Made by a program: the position numbers and the translations under genes. Below the pieces are notes generated by a model that worked only from the letters and a program-made list of their open reading frames with translations, did no database searches and was not told where the DNA came from. Shown piece by piece: positions 1-10,341 of a stretch of 64,000 bases of DNA (the stretch's first letter is position 1; each line of letters opens with the position of its first letter). Origin of the DNA: Candidatus Methanomethylicus oleisabuli (GTDB lineage: Archaea; Thermoproteota; Methanomethylicia; Methanomethylicales; Methanomethylicaceae); assembly GCA_001717025.1 (NCBI GenBank), contig MAGU01000068.1, forward strand, positions 307 to 64,306, read 5' to 3'.

Positions 1-281
1 CCTGCGATACGCTATTCGCCAGCCATCCATTTAATCGCTAACATAAAAATAATTTTTATCACATATAAAATGTTTTAATATTATTAGTAATATTTTAGAT
101 AACCTCCCCCGTCACCATTTTTCTACCATCAGAGGCGGATAATCTGTAAACCCGCCATGAAACACCATCCTAAAGCATTTTTCAAAAACCTTTAGTATAT
201 ATCTTCTACGCTTTGCACCATCTATATATGCATATTATTATAAATACCAACGCATGAGCAATGAAAATTAGGTGAAATAAA

Positions 282-2537
282 TTGGATTCACGAAAAAGTT
301 ATGCATTCTTGATAGTGACTTTGCTCGCTCTTCCTTTGCTGACATTCGCAGCCCCTGTCAATGCCTCAACCGGCGCGCCATACCTAGGTGCAATCGATGC
401 CTCCAACAACATCTATATCGGGGTGTCTGACATCTCGATTCAAGCAGGACAGGCTATAGTCAGCCTCGTTGACGACACCAACATGGCTGGGAACAATGCC
501 AGCTTCACAATAATCTTCAACTACAACGGCACGAACCTCGTTGACTTCTCGGGTGTGCAATTTGATCTTTACATGAGCAAGAACGGCTATTCAAACATCA
601 CTTCCGATGATATACTATACGCCTCAAGCTTCAGCACGTCAATGCTGGACCTACCATACGGGCAGACCGTTGTTAAGGCCAATTCAAGGCTGCTTGGTGG
701 TAACGCTACATTCACCCTTGGGACCGGCACCTTCTACGACGTCAACCAAGGCCATGCCACAATCACTGCCAAGGTTTTGACCGGACCTATCCCGTTCGAC
801 ATAACGCCTGAGTACAAGTTCATAAAGGTCTGGGACGGTTCCAACACCCTTGTTGCCGTCAGCATACAACGCGTAATAGTGCTGCCATACCTTGCATTCG
901 TACCGTCGATGGGTCCGGGTTGCCAGTCAGTCGTGCTGAGCGGAACGGCTCTCGCGCCTAATGCAGTCATCAACCTTTCATACACCCAGCCGGCAGAGAT
1001 CTCCGGCCTCATCGCTCAGGTAACTACCGACGAGAACGGCCAGTTTACTTATATTTGGAACATCGCAGACCTAGGCTATGGCTATGAACCCACCCCAATG
1101 GAGATGATATACATACGAGCGGTATACAACGCAACCGGCGACCCTGTGGGTCCTGATATCCAGTATTTGGAGATCAGCCGGTTCTTCACTTACTTCCAAG
1201 GCATAATCCCATCTGGATACGGTTTCTGGGGGAACAATTCTGCCTCTATTTCCGTCTATGTCCACGGTGACCTGATAGTAGAGGGTGCATACTTCAGCCC
1301 CTGCGATGTAGTGACCTTCATTGTAGAAGGCATCACCATCGGATCTGCGACGGTACTTCCTCTGACCGGCATCTTCAATGCCTCGATGATTGTTCCAGAA
1401 CTATCGAGTGGTCCTCACACCGTCTGCGCGATAAACAACGGCATAGTATACTGCTTTGAGATAAACGTGTTGCCGACGCTGGAGGTTACCCCATCGAGCG
1501 GATCGTGCGGCACAGAAGTTGAGTTCTTAGCTTACGGATTTCCCGCCGAATCGCAAATCTACATCTACTGGTTCAACTTCGATAACTCGCTTAACTTGTG
1601 GCACAACGTCGTAAACGGCACGACCGGCACAGATGGCAAGTTCAACGTAACCGTCACTTATGATGTCGAACACATGTACGGCGGCCTACACCCTATAGTA
1701 GCGACAGACTTCTACTACGGGCCAAGCGTACCTGATGCCATATTCTCGAACCTGTCTGCTGTCATCGCACCGGCGCTCTTCACGATGCTGCCGAGCATCT
1801 GGATAGAACCTGACGTTATCGACAACGACTGCACGATCTTCAACGTCTATGGATGCGGCTTCGTTCCATACACTGCCTACTATGTCGATATCGACAACCA
1901 GGAATTCAACGCGCCAACAATAAACTGCGACCTCATGGGTAACATCGAGATCGGGCTAGTCTCTGCAGGATTCAGACCTGGCACACACTCTGTTTCCATA
2001 TACGGCCTGCCTAACTCGACAATGGGCGACTATCAGCCTGTTGCATACGACTGTTTCACGGTATCCACCGTCGGCGACCCGGTCTTCGGGATGCTCCTCT
2101 CTATCGACAACTCAATGGTGACGATCCAAAATGGTATTGAGACGCTGCAGTTATCGATTGACGAGCTCAATGCGAGGCTTGTTTCCTTCAATAACACGCT
2201 TGTAACGATCCAGAGCACGCTGGGCATCATCCAGACGAACATCCAGACGATAAACGGTAAGGTCGACATAATCAGCGGGGACCTAGCAACGGTGAAGACC
2301 AGCCTCGGCTCAGTCAATGGCACTGTGACCTCAATAGCCGGCGATGTAGCGACCGTTGAGACGCAGCTCGGGACGGTCAAGACGACGCTGGATGCTGTCA
2401 AGACTACGACTGACCAGACCAAGAGCTTCCTGCCAGTCGATATGACCCCTGTTTGGATTACCCTGATTCTTGCGCTAATCGCTGCAATTACAGGGATAAT
2501 CGCGGTCGTCTCAGTGCGCGGCAAAGTTGCGGCTTGA
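282..2537 (+). CDS. Secreted cell-surface (S-layer-like) glycoprotein with N-terminal signal peptide, many N-X-S/T sequons, a C-terminal heptad-repeat stalk and a single C-terminal TM anchor followed by basic residues
   Basis: TTG start with AGGTGA SD 7 nt upstream. Signal peptide MDSRKSYAFLIVTLLALPLLTFAAPVNA. Dozens of NxS/T sequons. C-terminal hydrophobic helix ITLILALIAAITGIIAVVSV followed by RGK. AT-rich upstream region with TATA-like boxes. Confidence 0.6.
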   Translation: MDSRKSYAFLIVTLLALPLLTFAAPVNASTGAPYLGAIDASNNIYIGVSDISIQAGQAIVSLVDDTNMAGNNASFTIIFNYNGTNLVDFSGVQFDLYMSKNGYSNITSDDILYASSFSTSMLDLPYGQTVVKANSRLLGGNATFTLGTGTFYDVNQGHATITAKVLTGPIPFDITPEYKFIKVWDGSNTLVAVSIQRVIVLPYLAFVPSMGPGCQSVVLSGTALAPNAVINLSYTQPAEISGLIAQVTTDENGQFTYIWNIADLGYGYEPTPMEMIYIRAVYNATGDPVGPDIQYLEISRFFTYFQGIIPSGYGFWGNNSASISVYVHGDLIVEGAYFSPCDVVTFIVEGITIGSATVLPLTGIFNASMIVPELSSGPHTVCAINNGIVYCFEINVLPTLEVTPSSGSCGTEVEFLAYGFPAESQIYIYWFNFDNSLNLWHNVVNGTTGTDGKFNVTVTYDVEHMYGGLHPIVATDFYYGPSVPDAIFSNLSAVIAPALFTMLPSIWIEPDVIDNDCTIFNVYGCGFVPYTAYYVDIDNQEFNAPTINCDLMGNIEIGLVSAGFRPGTHSVSIYGLPNSTMGDYQPVAYDCFTVSTVGDPVFGMLLSIDNSMVTIQNGIETLQLSIDELNARLVSFNNTLVTIQSTLGIIQTNIQTINGKVDIISGDLATVKTSLGSVNGTVTSIAGDVATVETQLGTVKTTLDAVKTTTDQTKSFLPVDMTPVWITLILALIAAITGIIAVVSVRGKVAA
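2284..2409 (+). repeat. 21-nt (7-aa) imperfect tandem repeats encoding the heptad stalk of the surface protein (LATVKTS/LGSVNGT/VTSIAGD/VATVETQ/LGTVKTT/LDAVKTT)
   Basis: Visible periodicity in the translated ORF and the DNA. An extended heptad-like region starts near 2110. Confidence 0.5.
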
Positions 2538-2587
2538 GCCGCAATTTCCCCTTTTTTTATTCCATTTCCTACCTCTTACTCTTTCTT

Positions 2588-3520
2588 TCATTCGGACATT
2601 TGCCGGCCTTCATTGCTGGTGCTGACTCGTTCATGATGTCTTAAGAACTCTCTCAACTGCACCTCTGTCGCAAGGCCATTCCTGGCTCCCTTGCTCTGTA
2701 TCTTAACTGCCGCAGAGGCAAGCCCCCACCTCAGACACTCCTCCTCAGCAAGCCCTCTGCAGCATGCCGAGATGAATCCAGCGTCAAAGGCATCGCCTGC
2801 CCCGGTCGTGTCCTGGACATCTACCTTGTAAGCCGGGAGCGTATACTCCCTCCCTGCCGATATCATATGCGCTCCATCCGCCCCCCTCTTGACAACGACT
2901 CTTTTCACACTCTCGGAGAGCATGCGGGCCCCGTCGCTCCAGCCCTCGCCAGTCAGGGTCTCACACTCGCTCTCGTTTAACAAGACTATGCTCGCCCCAT
3001 CCAAATCCTCCACCTCCAGCTCTCCAACAGAGCCGCCGGGGTCGACACTCACCTTCCACCTCCCGCCGTGTCTCATCACCCTCTTCAGGACGTTTCTGCT
3101 TACGTTGCAGAGCTGAACCATCCTTGATGACGACGATGCCCTTTCCATCCCTTCCCCGGCAATCCTCTCCAACAAGGCATTAGCCCCTCTGTAGGCAACC
3201 ATCCTCCTGCTGCCATCTCCTTCAACGATGACGCAGACCGTTCCAGTTACGGCGTCATCAACCCTTCTTATGAACTCGGTGATAACACCCTCGCCTCGTA
3301 GTGCATCGATGGCTTCTTCACCGTCCAAGTCGTTGCCCACGCATGCAAGTATGCCGCTCCTCAAACCGAGCTTCGCCACGCCTGCCGAAAAGTTCGCAGC
3401 AGATCCCCCATGAAACCTTGTAAACCCATGTGCAAAAACCTCTGCATCATGTGCTGGTGCCGCATCGACATAAAACGAAAGGTCTATGTTGATGTTTCCC
3501 AGCGCAATAACGTCAAGCAT
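2588..3520 (-). CDS. PfkB-family carbohydrate/nucleoside kinase (ribokinase-like)
   Basis: C-terminal DTTGAGDAFDAGF anion-hole/ATP motif and N-terminal MLDVIALGNINIDL glycine-rich fold. The ORF extends to 3574 but an internal Met start is more plausible. Confidence 0.7.
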   Translation of the reverse strand: MLDVIALGNINIDLSFYVDAAPAHDAEVFAHGFTRFHGGSAANFSAGVAKLGLRSGILACVGNDLDGEEAIDALRGEGVITEFIRRVDDAVTGTVCVIVEGDGSRRMVAYRGANALLERIAGEGMERASSSSRMVQLCNVSRNVLKRVMRHGGRWKVSVDPGGSVGELEVEDLDGASIVLLNESECETLTGEGWSDGARMLSESVKRVVVKRGADGAHMISAGREYTLPAYKVDVQDTTGAGDAFDAGFISACCRGLAEEECLRWGLASAAVKIQSKGARNGLATEVQLREFLRHHERVSTSNEGRQMSE

Positions 3521-3531
3521 TGCTGCCAACC

Positions 3532-4224
3532 CTATGCCCTTTCCAGTATTATGCGCGCATCGACCACCTTGCATCCGTCTTCATACCCCAGCGTAGGGTT
3601 GAGGTCAACCTCCGACACGCCTCCATTCTCAATCATCAGCCTCGACACTCTGATTAGAGCATCCGCCAAGCTCTCGAGGTCTACTGGCTTGCGCCCCCTT
3701 GCCCCCCTCAGTAGCGGAAGTGCCTTGAGTTCACTGATCATCTCCATCGCGTCACCCCCATCTATGGGTGCGACCCTGAATGAGACATCCTCAAAGATCT
3801 CCACGAAGATTCCGCCAACTCCAAACATTACGACTGGTCCGAACTGAGGGTCCCTCTTGGCGCCGATTATTGTCTCAATGCCGGGCTTTGCCATCCTTTC
3901 CATGATTACCCCTTCAAATCTGCTTCCCGTCCTATCCGCCACGGCCTTTAAGCTCGCAAAGGCATCCATGACCTTCTCGGGGCAGTCGATGCCCAGAAGG
4001 ACCCCCCCCACATCAGACTTGTGAATGATGTCCGATGATACTATCTTCATCGCCAAGGGAAATCCGAGGTCTGCTGAGTAGCCCAACGCCTCAGCCTCGT
4101 ATCTGGCAACCCTCCAATCGCCAACAGGCAAGCCATACGCCTTGCACAGCTCCTTTGCCTCCGGCTCGAGTAGCCATCCCCTTTGCCTGCCCCCCTCCAC
4201 TATCTCCTGAGCCATATGAACCAT
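3532..4224 (-). CDS. ATP-grasp domain protein resembling the ADP-forming acetyl-CoA synthetase beta subunit
   Basis: 230 aa with an ATP-grasp fold (KIVSSDIIHKSDVGGV, EVDLNP). No alpha subunit lies adjacent. Confidence 0.55.
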   Translation of the reverse strand: MVHMAQEIVEGGRQRGWLLEPEAKELCKAYGLPVGDWRVARYEAEALGYSADLGFPLAMKIVSSDIIHKSDVGGVLLGIDCPEKVMDAFASLKAVADRTGSRFEGVIMERMAKPGIETIIGAKRDPQFGPVVMFGVGGIFVEIFEDVSFRVAPIDGGDAMEMISELKALPLLRGARGRKPVDLESLADALIRVSRLMIENGGVSEVDLNPTLGYEDGCKVVDARIILERA

Positions 4225-4344
4225 CGATTAATTGATAGACGACGCCCCATAAAACACTTTCACAGCGCACTGAACCGTTTTGGCATGGCGTTCCAGCAAA
4301 CTTTAATATCGAAATGTGCATCTCTTCTTCGATATGATGTCCAT

Positions 4345-6279
4345 ATGTCCCATCCCATTTCATCACAGCCGGCCGGTTCACGACTTCTCCTGCTGGGAAA
4401 CGAGGCTGTAGCCCGAGGCATAGTTGAAGCAAACGTCGAGATTGCCGCCTCATACCCAGGAACGCCCGCCTCTGAGATCGTGGACACCCTAGCCCTCGTT
4501 GCAGACGAAGTAGGTATGCACGTTCAATGGTCAACAAACGAGATGGTCGCATTCGAGGTTGCCATCGGTGGGGCTCTCTGCGGAAAGAGAAGCACCGCCT
4601 CGATGAAACACATAGGTGCAAACTGGATAGTCGACCCCTTGACGCACTCAACATACCATGGCTTCAAGGCAGGTCTGCTCGTTATCTCTGCCGACGACCC
4701 ATCCGGACACAGCTCCTCAAACGAACAGGATAGCCGCTATCTGGCTCAACTCGCCGAGCTACCCGTAGTCGAGCCATCCGACATCCAAGAGGCAAAGGAC
4801 TTTGTGAGACTCGCATTGGAGATCTCTGAGGAGGTCAAGCTTCCTGTAATGTACAGGCTTGTTACGCGCATCTGCCACTCGAGGGGTGACTGCGTAATGG
4901 GCGAGATACGGCGGAATCCCACATCGCCAAAATTTGAGGACACCTATTATAGTAACTTCGTTCTTGGCGATGGCATAGTGGGTCCAAGAGTGATCCCCGT
5001 CATGCACTCCATACTTCACTCGAAGCTTTTGCGTGTTGAGGACGCTGCAGTAAGAAGGGGGCTCTTAAAGGTTGAGCATCCTGATGCTGGGTCACCAAGG
5101 CGCCTATGCATAATCACCGCCTCGGCTCCGGTTAACTACGTCTTCGATTACCTTAACTATCGCAAGTTAAGGGGCAAGATAGGCGTCATGAAGCTCGGCC
5201 TCACAATGCCGTTCCCAAAGGGGGCGGTATCAGAGTTCATTAAGAGTTACGATGAGGTGCTTGTTGTCGAGGAGGGGGAGCCGTACTGCGAGCGCAGCAT
5301 AAATGCCCTCGCAAAGGACATCAAGCCATCGTTGATGGTGCACGGAAAGGAGGATGGCTATCTGCCGCGTGAGGGGGAGCTCAACTATGGGCTGGTCGAT
5401 GTAGCGATCTCAACCCTATTGGGGATAAGTCCAGAGGCGGTGCCGCCGATAAAGTCTGAGGTGATGGCCGATGCCGCTAGGCTGCTCACTCCGAGGACCC
5501 TCACAATGTGCGCCGGCTGCCCCCACCGATCGGCCTTCTATGCCGCTAAGAAGGCGACCCGAAACGTCGCGAATGCGAGGTACATCGCGATCGGCGACAT
5601 CGGTTGCTACACTCTAGGCATATATCCTCCTCTGAAGTTCATGCAGGATGTCTTCTGCATGGGTGGCAGCGTTGGCATCGCCAACGGCGTTGCGAAGGCC
5701 GGAGTATCCGATCCGGTGCTGGCCACCATAGGTGATTCTACGTTCTTCCATGCTGGCATACCCGCACTCATCAACGCAACGTTCAACCAAGCCGACATCA
5801 AGGTCATGGTCCTCGACAACGAGGTGACTGCAATGACCGGCTACCAGCCGCACCCTGGGTGTGGCGAGACTGCAACGATGAAGCCGACCAAGAAGCTCTC
5901 GATCGAAGCCATATGCAGGGCATGCGGGATAGAGTTCGTGAGGACCGCCGACTCATATGACTTGGATGCATGCGTGAAGGCGATGGAGGATGCGTTGAGG
6001 TTCAAAGGGCCGGCCGTAGTCATATTCAAGCGCGTCTGTAGCCAAGAATACCTGAAGCGGGCTAGGCGCAACAACATTGCCATTCAGCATTATCTTGTGG
6101 ACGACTCTGCATGCGTTGGTTGCAGGACATGCGTGGCTGCTTACGGGTGTCCTGCCATAGGCTTCGACCTGGAGCGCAAGAAAGCCTGCATCGATGCGTC
6201 TTCCTGTATGGGTTGCGGCGTCTGCGGCGCCGTCTGTCCTAATGGAGCAATAAAGATCTCGGGAGGGGGCTCGCAATGA
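4345..6279 (+). CDS. iorA: Indolepyruvate:ferredoxin oxidoreductase alpha subunit (TPP-binding, 2x[4Fe-4S])
   Basis: C-terminal CVGCRTCVAAYGCP...CMGCGVCGAVCPNGAI ferredoxin motifs and a TPP-binding GDxxxxHAG-like region. In-frame ATG at 4345 avoids overlap with the upstream convergent gene. Confidence 0.8.
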   Translation: MSHPISSQPAGSRLLLLGNEAVARGIVEANVEIAASYPGTPASEIVDTLALVADEVGMHVQWSTNEMVAFEVAIGGALCGKRSTASMKHIGANWIVDPLTHSTYHGFKAGLLVISADDPSGHSSSNEQDSRYLAQLAELPVVEPSDIQEAKDFVRLALEISEEVKLPVMYRLVTRICHSRGDCVMGEIRRNPTSPKFEDTYYSNFVLGDGIVGPRVIPVMHSILHSKLLRVEDAAVRRGLLKVEHPDAGSPRRLCIITASAPVNYVFDYLNYRKLRGKIGVMKLGLTMPFPKGAVSEFIKSYDEVLVVEEGEPYCERSINALAKDIKPSLMVHGKEDGYLPREGELNYGLVDVAISTLLGISPEAVPPIKSEVMADAARLLTPRTLTMCAGCPHRSAFYAAKKATRNVANARYIAIGDIGCYTLGIYPPLKFMQDVFCMGGSVGIANGVAKAGVSDPVLATIGDSTFFHAGIPALINATFNQADIKVMVLDNEVTAMTGYQPHPGCGETATMKPTKKLSIEAICRACGIEFVRTADSYDLDACVKAMEDALRFKGPAVVIFKRVCSQEYLKRARRNNIAIQHYLVDDSACVGCRTCVAAYGCPAIGFDLERKKACIDASSCMGCGVCGAVCPNGAIKISGGGSQ

Positions 6280-6905
6280 GTATTTGCAAAGACGATGAAG
6301 AGGGGCAGGTCAACATAATCATCTCGGGCATCGGGGGCCAGGGTAACGTAAGGTCGGCGCAGATCTTGGGGGCCGCCGCTGTGAAGGCAGGGCTAAGGGC
6401 AAGGATATCGGACGTTTTCGGCATAGCCCAGAGGGGCGGTCCGGTGCTCAGTCATGTGCGGATCGGGAGCGGCATATGCGGGAGCATGGTCAACAGCCAC
6501 AGTGCTGACATCGTGATGGGGCTGGAGCCAATGGAAGCGCTCCGTGGTGTCGCGCAATTCCTGAGACCGGGCGGAACGGCGATTATCAGCATGCGTCCAG
6601 TCCCTCCCGTTGAGGTCAACATAGGCAAGGCAAGATATCCTGATATGGGGGCGCTATTGCATACGATTCGAAAGGTAGCATTCCGCGTAATCACACTTGA
6701 TGCCTCAAAGGTCGCCGAGGATGTCGGGATTCCCATTGCCGCCAATATCGTCATGCTAGGCGTCCTGGCGGGATCCGGTCTACTGCCATTCGACAGGGGA
6801 TTTCTTGTAGAATCGATAAAGGAAAATATTCCGCGCTCGCTCGAGCAGAACCTCAGGGCATTCGAGGCGGGATTCGCCATAGGTAAGGGCGGGCATACGA
6901 GTTGA
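6276..6905 (+). CDS. iorB: Indolepyruvate oxidoreductase beta subunit (Por gamma-like)
   Basis: ATGA overlap with iorA. Carries the IISGIGGQG motif typical of the 2-oxoacid oxidoreductase gamma/IorB family. Confidence 0.75.
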   Translation: MSICKDDEEGQVNIIISGIGGQGNVRSAQILGAAAVKAGLRARISDVFGIAQRGGPVLSHVRIGSGICGSMVNSHSADIVMGLEPMEALRGVAQFLRPGGTAIISMRPVPPVEVNIGKARYPDMGALLHTIRKVAFRVITLDASKVAEDVGIPIAANIVMLGVLAGSGLLPFDRGFLVESIKENIPRSLEQNLRAFEAGFAIGKGGHTS

Positions 6906-6924
6906 TCTATTGCCGTGAGTTGAG

Positions 6925-8391
6925 CTATGGTCGACCAGCGGCATTCTCTGCCCTTAGCCTCCTCACTCTATCCCAAACGACCTCATTGACAACCGTTGGG
7001 TCCGCTTTGCCGCTAGTCTTCTTCATCAACTGGCCAATCAGGTAATGGACCGCGTTGTCGTCGTGCATAGCATCGCCAACGGCCTTCAAGTTCTCTCTGA
7101 AGACCTCATCCGCCACGCTGCCGAGCACTGCCCTGTCCGCTACCTTCCTCATCCCGCGCTCCTCGACTATCTGCACCGCATCCTTGCCGCTGGTGATGAG
7201 CTCAGGCAGTATTATCTTGCCTATCTTTCCGCTGATTATGCTCTCCTTTATCATATTCAGCATATTGACGAACGTTGAAGGAGTGATCTTGGCCTCATCC
7301 AGCTCTAGCCCCTTGCTGTGGAGTTCGCCTAGTACGTCTCCCATCAGCCAGTTGCTAACCGTCTTGGCATCGCCGTAGAGTCCAACGCTCTCCTCGTAGA
7401 AGTCGGCAAGCCTCTTATCGGCCGTCAGGACTTGCGCATCATATTTGGGTATGGCGTAGACCTTGATGAACCGCGCCGCCCTTGCGTCAGGCAGCTCAGG
7501 CATCCGCTTTCTTATGCCCTCCACATACTCCCGCCTCAAAATTAGGGGGGCAATGTCCGGCTCCGGGAAGTACCGATAGTCGTGCTCCTCCTCCTTCTCC
7601 CTGAGCGATATTGTCACCTTCCTTATCTCATCCCAGTGCCTCGTCTCCCTAGTTACCCTGCCGCCCTTCTGTATCACGTTGCGCTGCCTTGAGATTTCGA
7701 AGTTTAATGCCTTCTCAACCTCTTTGAACGAGGATATGTTCTTGATCTCGACGCGTTCGCTACCTTTTATCGATATGTTGGCGTCGCAGCGCATCGCCCC
7801 CTCCAGACCGCCATCGCACGCTCCTATGTGCTCCATTATCGACCTCAGCTTCTGCAGTAAGAGCCTCGCCTCCTTGGGGGACGACATGTCCGGCTCGGTC
7901 ACTATCTCGAGCAGCGCCATGCCTGCCCTGTTGTAATCGACGAGAGTGTATGGCGAGAGGTCTATCGGTCCTATGTGCACCAGCCTTGCAGGGTCCTCCT
8001 CGAGCTGGATCCTTGTGATCCTCACGACTTTTGCTTGGGGTCCCACGTTGATCTCTATGTGCCCCCCCTTGCAGATGGTCGTCATTCCTGCAGTCTCATA
8101 CATCGAGATCTGGAAGTTTTTGCTCATGTCGACATAGAAGTAATTCTTCCTGTAGAACGACGTCTTCTCACTTATGGTGCTGTTGAGCGCGATTCCTGCC
8201 ATAACAGCAAACTCGACCGCCTTTCTGTTCGGCTTGGGCAGCGATCCTGGATGTCCTAGGCAAATCTCGCATACGTTAGAGTTCGGCTCTTTGTCGCGGT
8301 AATCCGAGCTACAGCCGCAGAAGAGCTTGGTCCTAAGCTTCGTAAGCTGGCAGTGTATCTCAAGCCCTATAACGACATCATTCTCCAACAT
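6925..8391 (-). CDS. gatB: Asp/Glu-tRNA amidotransferase subunit B
   Basis: N-terminal VIGLEIHCQL...CGC motif and C-terminal GatB/YqeY domain. Confidence 0.85.
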   Translation of the reverse strand: MLENDVVIGLEIHCQLTKLRTKLFCGCSSDYRDKEPNSNVCEICLGHPGSLPKPNRKAVEFAVMAGIALNSTISEKTSFYRKNYFYVDMSKNFQISMYETAGMTTICKGGHIEINVGPQAKVVRITRIQLEEDPARLVHIGPIDLSPYTLVDYNRAGMALLEIVTEPDMSSPKEARLLLQKLRSIMEHIGACDGGLEGAMRCDANISIKGSERVEIKNISSFKEVEKALNFEISRQRNVIQKGGRVTRETRHWDEIRKVTISLREKEEEHDYRYFPEPDIAPLILRREYVEGIRKRMPELPDARAARFIKVYAIPKYDAQVLTADKRLADFYEESVGLYGDAKTVSNWLMGDVLGELHSKGLELDEAKITPSTFVNMLNMIKESIISGKIGKIILPELITSGKDAVQIVEERGMRKVADRAVLGSVADEVFRENLKAVGDAMHDDNAVHYLIGQLMKKTSGKADPTVVNEVVWDRVRRLRAENAAGRP

Positions 8392-8393
8392 GG

Positions 8394-9824
8394 CTATCCA
8401 CTCACAAGCGGCGGTCTAAGGTCAAGCCGTAGCTCCTCCTCCAAGCGTTTAGCAACCGTTAATATCCGTCCCTCGCACAGTGGCGGAGCCATTATCTGGA
8501 GTCCAACGGGGAGCCCTTCAACAAACCCACATGGCAGCGACAATGCCGGTATCCCCGCTAGGTTTATTGATACGGTGTCGATGTCGGTCATGTACATCGA
8601 AAGCGGATCGTCGACCTTCTCGCCCAGCCTGAAAGCTGTTGACGGCACGGTCGGTCCAAGAAGCGCATCATATCTCTTGAAGAGACGGTCGAAGTCGTTC
8701 TTTATCAGCGTCCGTACCTTCTGCGCCTTGACATAATAGGCATCGTAGTACCCTGATGATAGGGCAAACGTTCCAAGGATTATCCTCCTCTTTACCTCCT
8801 TCCCGAAACCTCTGCCCCTAGTCTTTGAGTATGATGACGACCAGTCGAGCCCCTCGTCCTCCTCCCTCATGCCGTATCGTATCCCGTCATACCTCGCGAG
8901 ATTTGAACTGGCCTCAGACATCGCTATCATGTAGTATGCCGGCAGCGCATACCTGACGGATGGCAAGCTTACCTCCTCCCACTGCGCACCCATCGATTCG
9001 ATCATATGAACACACCTCCATACCGCCTTGCCTACCCCCTCGTCCGTCCCTTCGCCTAGGAACTCACGAGGGACTCCAAACTTCATCCCCTTGATGCCCT
9101 TTCCCAAGTAGCTTAGGTAGTCCTCACCCTTCACATTCAACGTCGTACCGTCCCTCTCGTCGTACCCGCTCACCGCATTCATGATCAGCGCGCAGTCCCT
9201 GACGTCCCTCGTCATAGGTCCGATCTGCTCTATACTATTAGAGAAAGCTACCAAGCCGTACCTGCTCATCAATCCGTAAGTGGTCTTCAACCCAACTACG
9301 CCGCAGAAGCTTGCAGGACACCTTACCGACCCCCCGGTGTCAGAGCCTATTGCCGCTACCGCCTCCCTTGCTGCCACTGCCACCCCGCTACCCCCAGAGG
9401 ATCCGCCTGGTACCATCTCTGTGTTCCATGGATTCCTGCTAGGGAAGAACGCGCTATACTCGGTCGACGATCCCATTGCGAACTCGTCCATGTTGGTCTT
9501 ACCAATCACGTGCCCGCCTGCCCTTTTGATCCTCTCCACAACCGTAGCATCATACGGTGGGACATATCCCTCTAGCATCCTCGATGCGCACGTCGTCCTC
9601 GTGCCCTTAGTGCAGATGTTGTCCTTGACTGCAATCGGCGCCCCCCCCAGGATTCCGCTGGACTCCCCGTCCATGCGGTCAATAAGCGTTATGTATGCCT
9701 TGAGCCTGCAGTCATTCCTTAGAATGCTGCCTTTATACTCCTCAAAAACCTCCTCTGCTTCAAGGCTGCCGTTTTTTATCGCCTCAACGAGTTCGTATAG
9801 CGTGAGGTCTAACGTTCTGCCCAC
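8394..9824 (-). CDS. gatA: Asp/Glu-tRNA amidotransferase subunit A (amidase)
   Basis: Amidase signature GGSSGGS. Adjacent to gatB and gatC. Confidence 0.85.
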   Translation of the reverse strand: MGRTLDLTLYELVEAIKNGSLEAEEVFEEYKGSILRNDCRLKAYITLIDRMDGESSGILGGAPIAVKDNICTKGTRTTCASRMLEGYVPPYDATVVERIKRAGGHVIGKTNMDEFAMGSSTEYSAFFPSRNPWNTEMVPGGSSGGSGVAVAAREAVAAIGSDTGGSVRCPASFCGVVGLKTTYGLMSRYGLVAFSNSIEQIGPMTRDVRDCALIMNAVSGYDERDGTTLNVKGEDYLSYLGKGIKGMKFGVPREFLGEGTDEGVGKAVWRCVHMIESMGAQWEEVSLPSVRYALPAYYMIAMSEASSNLARYDGIRYGMREEDEGLDWSSSYSKTRGRGFGKEVKRRIILGTFALSSGYYDAYYVKAQKVRTLIKNDFDRLFKRYDALLGPTVPSTAFRLGEKVDDPLSMYMTDIDTVSINLAGIPALSLPCGFVEGLPVGLQIMAPPLCEGRILTVAKRLEEELRLDLRPPLVSG

Positions 9825-9840
9825 TATCCGCCACCGCTTT

Positions 9841-10137
9841 TTATACTATCTTAGGCGCGACGAAGAACCCTTCCTTCGTCTTCTTCGCACTGGCTATCGC
9901 TTCATCTCTCTTCATGCCCGGTCTTTCGATGTCATCCCTGAGGCTCTCAGTCTCTTCGAACGCATGGAACGTCGGCTCCAATGCCGAGAGGTCCAGCACC
10001 TCCAAATCATTCGCAAACTCGAGTATTCTGCTCAGCTGCATGGAAAATTCCTCCCTCTCCTTCTCCGTGAGCTCGATCCTCGCTAGCCATGCCAGCCTCT
10101 CTATCCTCTCTTTGGAGACTATCTTTAGACTCTCCAT
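9841..10137 (-). CDS. gatC: Asp/Glu-tRNA amidotransferase subunit C
   Basis: About 98 aa from the internal Met (MESLKIVSKERIERLAWLARIELTEKE), matching GatC size and motif. The longer ORF to 10224 is probably not used. Confidence 0.7.
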   Translation of the reverse strand: MESLKIVSKERIERLAWLARIELTEKEREEFSMQLSRILEFANDLEVLDLSALEPTFHAFEETESLRDDIERPGMKRDEAIASAKKTKEGFFVAPKIV

Positions 10138-10341
10138 GATGGGTGCACCTGTAAATTCTAACGATGGTGATAATTGAATGATGTACTTAAAAAATCCTGT
10201 GTATGGGGCATCCCATGCGGTCATTCTCTTGCATCATCAGTAGATCATCCCCTCCTTGCTTGATGTGCCCATGCCGACAGCGCCGCCCATACATATATCG
10301 CAGTAAAATATATATCTACGCATAATATCTGTATTCTCAAG

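Noticed and set aside
684-2524. Several antisense ORFs (61-163 aa) inside the surface-protein gene, and similar antisense or overlapping ORFs throughout the track
   Set aside because: They are embedded opposite to, or out of frame with, long well-supported genes. They have biased low-complexity composition and lack start-context signals.
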